From Ulvibacterium sp. (GTDB taxonomy: Bacteria; Bacteroidota; Bacteroidia; Flavobacteriales; Flavobacteriaceae), in contig NZ_CBDFIX010000001.1 in NCBI RefSeq assembly GCF_965248315.1, positions 107,618 through 171,617 on the forward strand: a stretch of 64,000 nt of DNA, in the 5' to 3' direction. The notes under the pieces were generated by a model. That model was not told the origin of the DNA, searched no databases, and worked only from the letters and a program-made list of their open reading frames with translations. The translations under genes and the position numbers were made by a program. Every line of letters begins with the position of its first letter. Within the stretch, counting starts at the first letter, position 1. Shown here one piece after another: positions 57,252-64,000 of this stretch.

Positions 57252-58868
57252 CTATTCCATAGGAACCGTAATGGGCCAGCCCTCAAACTGGGCTGCGTCC
57301 GCTTGAGTTACGTCCACATAGCGCGGCCAGCACTCAAAGATGGCCGTACGGTCCGTCTTATTGAAACGAATCAAGCCATAGCCCCCGCCTCTGGAGGAGC
57401 TTTCAGGATTTACATAGGCCATCATCCGTATCTTGTTGTGAAACCCATCCAGATAGTCCCCGGTCCAGGGAAGGGCGGTATCCGGGTTGGGGTTAGTACC
57501 GGGCTTTTCATCCTCGGGCCACCACCAGCGGCTATAATAGTCGTTGACAATGGCAGGGACCACAAAGGCCCAGGGGCCGTCCCCAAATTCATCAATGCCC
57601 TGGTGGATTACCGTAGCCAAATGCTGGTCGCCTGCAATATGTACGGCCCCAGCTTCTTTGATTAATCTTAGTGCTTTGTTACGCCCCGTTTGAGGCCAAC
57701 CATTACTGTCCAAATCGGCATGGAGGCGATTATCCAAAGAACCGTGAATGTGGGCGCCACCGCAGAAACCGGTCTGGGAAAGCACTACTTTCAAGGCATC
57801 CGGGTTTTGGTCGCCCCATTCGTCCAAAAATTTTAACTGGCGATCGCCCAAGAGGCTGAGTCCGGGAAGATCAATAGAGGCAGGGTCATAGTCCGGATTG
57901 CGGATATGATCAGGCCTTGGGCCCTGTTGTGGGATTTTCCCCTCGGGCCCCGACTTAAACTTACGATCCTCTATTATGGCAAAATCCACACCTCCGAGTG
58001 CTAAATTGGAATAGTACACCCCGATTCCCTGTTCTATGGGCGTGGCATCATAGGGGTCCGGTAAATGGGCCGTTTGGCAGCGTTCCACCATTTTTACGTA
58101 TTCCGGGTGATAGGTGTACCCGCCATCCGGGCCTCCAGGAGAGGTGGAGACCTTACCATTTTCGCCCCACAGGTTGCCCTGCCCTACATCATGATCATCG
58201 GGAATGGCAATACAGGGTCGATTTTGGAAGATTTCCCTGAACTGTAGGCCGAATTTTAACCAAGCCGCCGTATGTTCCGTATGGTCATAGGATTGGTCAC
58301 CCGCAAAGAAGATAATATCGGGATCCTGGTGGTTGATGTTCCGAACATAATTCTTGCGCATACCCCGGTCCTTGTTGGAGTTGCAGGAAAGGGCGGCAAT
58401 GCTGACCTCTGTTTTATCGGTTGGGTTCTTTCGCACCAATCCCTCAAAAGAAGCTATTTCTCCATGGCGGATCCGATATGGGGTATCCTGCGAATCGTCC
58501 CAATCCTCCACCCGAAACAAAGCAGACCAACCAATATCGTTTATTTTTTGTTTCTGAATTTCCGTCCACTTGCCGTCTTTTTGGATTTCCAGATGTACCT
58601 CACGGGTCTCTTCGGGATACAGCGGATATAACTGGGCCGATAGTTTTAGAATCTTGTTATGCACGGTATAAATGCCAAAAGCGACCACACTGTCCCGACT
58701 TACCTTTAGATTTATTATGGGATTATCACCCCGATTCCACCAATCATTGATGGCTAGGGTATCCACATCGGAAAAGGGTGCCGTGACCGGTGGGATTTGT
58801 TCTTTGGGTTTCTCTGCACAGGAGAGTATCAGAGAGCCTAGGGTAAGGGTAACAAGTAATTTGTTCAT
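57252..58868 (-). CDS. PhoD-like / metallophosphatase-family lipoprotein (alkaline phosphatase D family candidate)
   Basis: 538 aa. Lipobox LILSC; metallophosphatase-like motifs FFAGDQSYDH, IPDDHDVGQGN, HIAGDQH. Confidence 0.55.
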   Translation of the reverse strand: MNKLLVTLTLGSLILSCAEKPKEQIPPVTAPFSDVDTLAINDWWNRGDNPIINLKVSRDSVVAFGIYTVHNKILKLSAQLYPLYPEETREVHLEIQKDGKWTEIQKQKINDIGWSALFRVEDWDDSQDTPYRIRHGEIASFEGLVRKNPTDKTEVSIAALSCNSNKDRGMRKNYVRNINHQDPDIIFFAGDQSYDHTEHTAAWLKFGLQFREIFQNRPCIAIPDDHDVGQGNLWGENGKVSTSPGGPDGGYTYHPEYVKMVERCQTAHLPDPYDATPIEQGIGVYYSNLALGGVDFAIIEDRKFKSGPEGKIPQQGPRPDHIRNPDYDPASIDLPGLSLLGDRQLKFLDEWGDQNPDALKVVLSQTGFCGGAHIHGSLDNRLHADLDSNGWPQTGRNKALRLIKEAGAVHIAGDQHLATVIHQGIDEFGDGPWAFVVPAIVNDYYSRWWWPEDEKPGTNPNPDTALPWTGDYLDGFHNKIRMMAYVNPESSSRGGGYGLIRFNKTDRTAIFECWPRYVDVTQADAAQFEGWPITVPME

Positions 58869-58884
58869 TTGCTATTTTATTGAT

Positions 58885-59625
58885 TCATTTTTTTTTAAAC
58901 ATGTCTCGGGTATACTCCAGGAGTTCTATCCCACCGGGATCTACATGTCCCGGAATTACGGTCTGTATATGGGGATAGGTCTTTTTTATTTTTTCCATAG
59001 TAGCACTCCATTCTGCTATATTGGCGTCCTCGAGGTTCCCTTTGCCCGCACTCATGGACTTTACGGCACAGCCCCCGAATAGGAGCGCTTCGCTGGGAAT
59101 GTAACTTGCAATGTTATCCCGTGTATGGGCTTCCCCAAAAAACTGGTTTAGTACAATCTGGTTACCTACCTTAAGCTCCATCTTTGCCTCAAAACCTACT
59201 TTTGGAACCGTATAACCCTCTTGCTTTGCCAAGACCAAGGTTTGTTGGTTTGCATAAGAGGGGATATCCAATTTGTGGAATGCGGCCAGCCCCCCAACAC
59301 AATCGTTGTGAAAATGATTGATGACTACAGCGGTTACCTGATGTTCCTTGGTTTCCGTAATCCATTGGATCAGCTCCTCGGAGACGGCATCATTAGTTGG
59401 GGTATCAAAAACAACAGCTTCTCCGGAATTCATGTAGATCAGGCCGTTGCATGCTACTCGACCATATTCAGGTACGTACAAATACGAAATGTGGATAAAG
59501 CTATGCTCCGTTAAGGGAATTATCTTTAAATTTTCCGAACTGTAAGCAGTGGTTGTTTTTTGTGACCTACCATGGACAAATACCAAGGCGACAACTAAAA
59601 GTGCATAAAAGGATTTCCGGTACAT
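58885..59625 (-). CDS. subclass B1 metallo-beta-lactamase
   Basis: 246 aa. Signal peptide; zinc ligand motifs HFHNDCVGG (HxHxD), GGCAVKS (Cys221 equivalent), PGHV (His263 equivalent). Confidence 0.75.
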   Translation of the reverse strand: MYRKSFYALLVVALVFVHGRSQKTTTAYSSENLKIIPLTEHSFIHISYLYVPEYGRVACNGLIYMNSGEAVVFDTPTNDAVSEELIQWITETKEHQVTAVVINHFHNDCVGGLAAFHKLDIPSYANQQTLVLAKQEGYTVPKVGFEAKMELKVGNQIVLNQFFGEAHTRDNIASYIPSEALLFGGCAVKSMSAGKGNLEDANIAEWSATMEKIKKTYPHIQTVIPGHVDPGGIELLEYTRDMFKKK

Positions 59626-59681
59626 GAAAAGAATAATAAATGTGCCATAAATATAGATCTTTACCCTTCAATTCGAATGCT

Positions 59682-60059
59682 ATGAAACTTGAAAAACTCA
59701 TCTTTATTTACAATGCCGATTCCGGACTGCGCAACCAATTGATAGACGGGGCGCATAAGATATTAAGTCCGGCTACCTACGAATGCAACCTCTGTGACAT
59801 TACCTATGGTGCCTTTACCGAAAATAAGGTATGGAAGGAATTTAGAAAACAATCCGATTTGGACCTTGAGTTTTTGCATCGGGACGAGTTTGCCAAGGCG
59901 TATCGATCAAAATTCGGCTATAAGTTTACGTTCCCCATTGTCCTGGCTTCGGTAGATGAAAATCTGGAGGTTTTTATAAAGACAGAGGAATTGAATGCGT
60001 TGGAGAATGCTGATGCGTTGATTGGGTTGATAGCAGGAAGGAAAAGTAGTTTTTTGTGA
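59682..60059 (+). CDS. hypothetical small protein with CxxC (CNLC)
   Basis: 125 aa. MKLEKLIFIYNADSGLRNQLIDGAHKILSPATYECNLCDITYG...; no family confidently recognised. ATG 59682 is preferred over the longer ORF. Confidence 0.5.
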   Translation: MKLEKLIFIYNADSGLRNQLIDGAHKILSPATYECNLCDITYGAFTENKVWKEFRKQSDLDLEFLHRDEFAKAYRSKFGYKFTFPIVLASVDENLEVFIKTEELNALENADALIGLIAGRKSSFL

Positions 60060-60184
60060 AATCACAAATCACAAATCACAAATTCCAAAATTCAGAATTC
60101 AAAACCTGAAACGCAAAAGGCTGAACGCTAAACGCTAGACGCTGAGCGCAGTCGAAGCGTCAAAACCCAGAACTTAAAATTAAA
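60059..60184 (+). repeat. heptanucleotide-periodic tract (18 in-phase 7-nt units)
   Basis: AAATCAC x3, AAATTCC AAAATTC AGAATTC AAAACCT GAAACGC AAAAGGC TGAACGC TAAACGC TAGACGC TGAGCGC AGTCGAA GCGTCAA AACCCAG AACTTAA AATTAAA. It fills the spacer between convergent genes. Confidence 0.8.
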
Positions 60185-60192
60185 CTCTCCAG

Positions 60193-60807
60193 CTACTTCA
60201 CCTGCTTACGAAATTCCTCGTTGATAGCATCAATATAGGCCAAAACGGCTTCCCGCCCTGTTCCCTTGGTAGACGAAGTGATAAAATGGGTGGGCGCTTC
60301 CTCCCAGACATCCTCCAGTAGCTTTTGGAGGTATGCATCGGCCTGAGAATCAAGCTCCTGGGGTTTTAATTTATCCGCTTTGGTAAAAATGATGGCAAAG
60401 GGGATGGCATGTTCCCCCATCCATTGCATAAATTCCAAATCTATCCTTTGGGGTTCATGGCGAACGTCGATCAGTACAAAGGCACAGACTAATTGTTTGC
60501 GCTTAAGAAAGTAGTCCGTAATGTATTTCTGGAAGGTTTTCTTTTCTTTTTTGGATACGCGGGCGTAACCATAACCGGGAAGATCTACTAAAAACCAATT
60601 GTCATTGATCTTGAAGTGATTGATCAGTTGGGTCTTACCGGGTCGTCCAGATGTCTTGGCCAAGCTTTTTCGTTGTACCAACATATTGATCAGGGACGAC
60701 TTGCCTACATTGGATCTCCCTATAAAGGCATATTCGGGCAAGGGTTCATTGGGACATTGGGCCACCTTGGAGTTGCTCATCACAAAATGGGCCGACTTTA
60801 TTTTCAT
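60193..60807 (-). CDS. engB: ribosome biogenesis GTP-binding protein YihA/YsxC
   Basis: 204 aa. GRSNVGKSSLIN P-loop, DLPGYG, TKADK. Confidence 0.9.
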   Translation of the reverse strand: MKIKSAHFVMSNSKVAQCPNEPLPEYAFIGRSNVGKSSLINMLVQRKSLAKTSGRPGKTQLINHFKINDNWFLVDLPGYGYARVSKKEKKTFQKYITDYFLKRKQLVCAFVLIDVRHEPQRIDLEFMQWMGEHAIPFAIIFTKADKLKPQELDSQADAYLQKLLEDVWEEAPTHFITSSTKGTGREAVLAYIDAINEEFRKQVK

Positions 60808-60819
60808 CGGGTAAAACTT

Positions 60820-61584
60820 TTAGAAATCGCGTTTTTCCAGCCAGGCATCCAGAATCTTGTTGAATTCCTCCGGATGCTCCATCATCGGAGCGTGCCCACA
60901 TTGTTTGATCCAGAACAGTTCGGAATCCGGTAAAAGCTCATGGAATTCCTTGGCTACGTTTGGTGGTGTAACGTTATCGTCCTCCCCCCATATGATACAG
61001 GTAGGGGTATGCATATTTGGAAGATCTTTTGCCATATTATGGCGTATGGCACTTTTGGCAATGGCCAGAGTCTTTACAATTTTATTTCTGTTATTGACCG
61101 TAGCAAAGACCTCGTCAACAATCTCCTTAGTGGCTACCTTGGGGTCATAAAACACGTTCTGGGCCTTTTTCTTAATAAATTCATAGTCCCCCCGCCTGGG
61201 ATAACCATCGCCCATGGCACTTTCATAAAGTCCCGAACTTCCGGTAATAACCAATCCTTTTATCCTTTCTGGATACAATTTGGTATATAAAAGGCCTATA
61301 TGGCCGCCCAATGAATTCCCTAGCAGAATTACATCCTTAAGTCCCTTAAATTCGATAAATCCTTCTAAAAATTTAGCAAACTGCTTTACATTGGTCTTTA
61401 GAAGTGGCATGTCATAAATAGGTAGTTCGGGAACCAAAACCTTATACCCTTTTTTGGGAAAATGGTCGGTAACACCATGGAAATTGCTCAATCCTCCCAT
61501 AAGACCGTGTAATATAATAATAGGGGCACCTTCCCCTACTTCGATATACCGGTATTTTCCTTCTGTTGTAAGCTTTTCTTCCAT
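60820..61584 (-). CDS. alpha/beta-fold hydrolase
   Basis: 254 aa. HGLMGG oxyanion region, nucleophile elbow GNSLGGH, C-terminal CGHAPMMEHP. Confidence 0.8.
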   Translation of the reverse strand: MEEKLTTEGKYRYIEVGEGAPIIILHGLMGGLSNFHGVTDHFPKKGYKVLVPELPIYDMPLLKTNVKQFAKFLEGFIEFKGLKDVILLGNSLGGHIGLLYTKLYPERIKGLVITGSSGLYESAMGDGYPRRGDYEFIKKKAQNVFYDPKVATKEIVDEVFATVNNRNKIVKTLAIAKSAIRHNMAKDLPNMHTPTCIIWGEDDNVTPPNVAKEFHELLPDSELFWIKQCGHAPMMEHPEEFNKILDAWLEKRDF

Positions 61585-61788
61585 TCAGGATACTTCAGGT
61601 GCTTGCGGGCAAATATAGACATTTCCCTACAATAGCTATGAATCTGTATGTACGCCAGCGATTTTTAAGTCCCAACTTAAATTTTCCGGCACCTTTGCCT
61701 ATTTCCTACCAAATATAAAAAATGGGAAGGCATTTTTTAGTAAAAAAAGAATTTTAAAAAGAGCGAATAACAATGTGCACTATACTGA

Positions 61789-63585
61789 TTATTCTACAAA
61801 TAAGGACTTGGAAATGGATATAGGTTTTCCCTCTTGGGTAAACCCTTCAAGCGATATTTCATATTCCCCCGTATTGTCAGAGGTATAGAAAATTAAGGTG
61901 GTCTCTTCTTTTTTCAATTCCAAAACGGGTTTCCAGAACATTTGATGCCTATAATCGGGTAACCGTTTTGTTTCCGACTGGTCCGCATAATCCTGAAAGT
62001 AATACTGTTTTAAGGAAATGGGGCTTACTATTTTTACTTGCTGCACATGATTTAGGCTTGTTTTGGATAAAAAATCATTTTCCTTGGTGCTGATGGACAC
62101 AATGCCCTTATAAAGCTGCGGACCTATATAATATTCGTGTCGGGAAATATCAATTCGCTCAATTCCGTTAACATCGTAGGCCACCAAGCTGGAAAGATCT
62201 TCCAATGGCAGTCCATCCACTAAGACCAATGGAATATTATCGGGGCCCAAAAGATAATTTTCTTCACTCCGTACCAAAAACTTGAATTGGCCCTTGACCC
62301 TTCTGAGCAATACACCATTGATTATTTCGACTATGGTTTCCTTTAATGTTGGAAAGCGTGTATAATCATCCAAAATATAGGTTTCCTCCAATTTGTGGTA
62401 GACGGGCAGTTCTGAATTGATACCTACCGTACTATCAGGCTTTTGTTCAAAATAAGCGTTCTCTACCTGGTTGTAAATGCTTCGTTCAAGGATCGAGGAA
62501 TTTAGGTTTGGGGAAATTGAAAATTCTTTAAAATCGAGATTATCGTAGTTGGGCCGGGGTAAGGAATCCAAGAGTATTTGCCATTGATTCTTAGTGTCTC
62601 CCAACACCTGTAATGCGGCCAAATTGTTTCGATCAGACCGGGCAAGACTGGAACGAAACACACCTTCAGCATTTGTATTTACAATATGTACTATTGGATT
62701 GTCCCCAAAAAAAGAAAGACTTACTTTTCCATAGGCCATAGGGGTGTTGTCCGCTTTGGAAACTACCTTTCCCGATAGGAGCTCACCACGTAACTCTGGT
62801 AAATAAATACCCTTATTAATGGCTATTCCATAGGGTTTTTCACTGGTATCGGAATTAAGGAGAAACTGGGTCGCCGTGATTTTGGAACTAGGCATTTCAA
62901 CGTATTTTTTACGTACGGAAAGCGAGTAATTTCCATTTACTTGAGCATCCGTTCCAAGACTTATTTTCAAGAATACTTGTTCCCGTTTCGCATATTTAGC
63001 CCTATCCAATTCAATTTTTAAAGAAGGAGATTTCTCTGATGTCACTGCAGAATCCGAGCTGTTGATTTCATCTCGAATTTGAGCAGATCGTCCTTCAATT
63101 TCTTTCCGGGAAGATTCGGTTTTGGGAATTTCTTGATACGGGTTTATGATATTGATATCGGCGGTGAAAAAGTCCTGATGGTCGGCGTTGAACATCCATT
63201 GGGTATAGCCGATCAATTTATAACTTCCTGTAGGAACGGTAGTGGGGATAAAGAAATCTCCTTGGCCTGTGCCGGACTTAAGTGGTACCTTATGTCTAAA
63301 GACCAAATTTTTGTCCCTGCCCACTAATTCTACATATCCGATTTTACTAATAGGACTGGGGGTTAGGTCGTCCCCCTTTAGGCAATACATTTTATAATAC
63401 AAGTATTCGCCTACTAACAATACGGGGTCATTGTAGTGGACAAAAATAGTTTCGCTCGGAATGTTTTTGAACCCTTCAACTTCCTTTCCATTACGTATTT
63501 GGTATTGGCCGTTGACAAAATACGGAACCAAAAATAGTAGCGCACCAAGGCGAATTATTCTTTGTATGTTCTTTGTTATATTCAT
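61789..63585 (-). CDS. hypothetical large exported protein (MG2/carboxypeptidase-regulatory-like beta-sandwich N-terminus)
   Basis: ~598 aa. Signal-like RLGALLFLVPYFVNGQ. ATG 63585 overlaps the upstream stop (ATGA). No confident family assignment. Confidence 0.5.
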   Translation of the reverse strand: MNITKNIQRIIRLGALLFLVPYFVNGQYQIRNGKEVEGFKNIPSETIFVHYNDPVLLVGEYLYYKMYCLKGDDLTPSPISKIGYVELVGRDKNLVFRHKVPLKSGTGQGDFFIPTTVPTGSYKLIGYTQWMFNADHQDFFTADINIINPYQEIPKTESSRKEIEGRSAQIRDEINSSDSAVTSEKSPSLKIELDRAKYAKREQVFLKISLGTDAQVNGNYSLSVRKKYVEMPSSKITATQFLLNSDTSEKPYGIAINKGIYLPELRGELLSGKVVSKADNTPMAYGKVSLSFFGDNPIVHIVNTNAEGVFRSSLARSDRNNLAALQVLGDTKNQWQILLDSLPRPNYDNLDFKEFSISPNLNSSILERSIYNQVENAYFEQKPDSTVGINSELPVYHKLEETYILDDYTRFPTLKETIVEIINGVLLRRVKGQFKFLVRSEENYLLGPDNIPLVLVDGLPLEDLSSLVAYDVNGIERIDISRHEYYIGPQLYKGIVSISTKENDFLSKTSLNHVQQVKIVSPISLKQYYFQDYADQSETKRLPDYRHQMFWKPVLELKKEETTLIFYTSDNTGEYEISLEGFTQEGKPISISKSLFVE

Positions 63586-64000
63586 TCCTCCCAAAAATCA
63601 GGTATAACATTACTCCCTAATACCGTGCAATCACCACATACTCTAGGGACAACTATATATCCTTCCAGCGCTCCCAGTTCATTGCGTATCTCGTCCAAAT
63701 AGCTTACCCTGTTCGATTTGACCAAATCATATAATATCGGATTAAACCCGCTCTCAAATGTAGCTCGATTGCACTCATTAACAAAAGGAGGTAGGTCTTC
63801 TTCAGGGAAAAAATCGGAATAATTGAAAAAGACCCTTTTTTCCGAAACCGAAGACACTTCAAAAATTCCCACCACCTGATCATTTCCATTATCCTCGGGG
63901 AAAATGTTTCCAACAATAAAACCGGGTTGGCTATCCGAAAATAGACTTTCCACACCAGAAAAATCCTGGAGCTTTTCGTAAAACTCAAAAGCTTCCCTGG
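63582..64000 (-). CDS. DUF4249-like protein, C-terminal part (continues beyond the right edge)
   Basis: Frame is open to the window end. The tail ...GYIVVPRVCGDCTVLGSNVIPDFWEE resembles DUF4249 lipoproteins. Confidence 0.5.
   Translation of the reverse strand, partial: REAFEFYEKLQDFSGVESLFSDSQPGFIVGNIFPEDNGNDQVVGIFEVSSVSEKRVFFNYSDFFPEEDLPPFVNECNRATFESGFNPILYDLVKSNRVSYLDEIRNELGALEGYIVVPRVCGDCTVLGSNVIPDFWEE

Noticed and set aside
1-64000. Mobile elements, prophage, toxin-antitoxin or anti-phage defence systems
   Set aside because: No integrase, transposase, recombinase, phage structural gene, nuclease/helicase/ATPase defence-type gene or terminal inverted repeat of IS type was identified. The accessory right-hand part encodes exported hydrolases instead.

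Overview
This 64-kb segment has the gene content and signals of a Flavobacteriaceae (Bacteroidota) chromosome: gldA/gldB/gldC gliding genes, TAnnTTTG-type promoter boxes, frequent TTG starts and many lipoproteins. The left ~45 kb is mostly + strand core metabolism. It holds sulfate assimilation (cysD fragment, cysN, sulfite reductase, cobA, TrxR-like FNR). A SAM-I riboswitch precedes a split methionine synthase (Hcy domain / small ABM protein / pterin-B12-activation part) and metF. An aromatic amino-acid operon (pheA, aminotransferase, tyrA, DAHP synthase/chorismate mutase) is preceded by what I read as a Phe/Tyr/Trp-rich leader peptide plus intrinsic terminator (attenuator). Further + strand genes are rsgA, dtd, two DUF3857/transglutaminase-like paralogs, mazG-like, aroA, queA, rlmN, a polyprenyl synthase, an ECF sigma/anti-sigma/beta-barrel module, dnaG, nadE, gldBC and pfk. 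From ~45.7 kb coding flips to the - strand and becomes more accessory. This part holds a Cys-rich MarR + lipoprotein + thioredoxin-like cluster with palindromic sites, and a GT35 glucan phosphorylase whose PLP-lysine position reads Thr. It also holds a run of exported hydrolases (phosphotriesterase-like, NIF3-like, nucleoside-hydrolase-like, sulfatase, Tat metallophosphoesterase, PhoD-like, subclass B1 metallo-beta-lactamase) with one decayed gene patch. I found no rRNA, tRNA, CRISPR array, transposase/integrase or recognisable defence system. The least conventional DNA-level signal is three intergenic tracts made of phase-locked, drifting 7-nt units, two of them flanking one gene in inverted orientation. 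All calls come from reading the translations and sequence by eye; no searches or folding programs were run.
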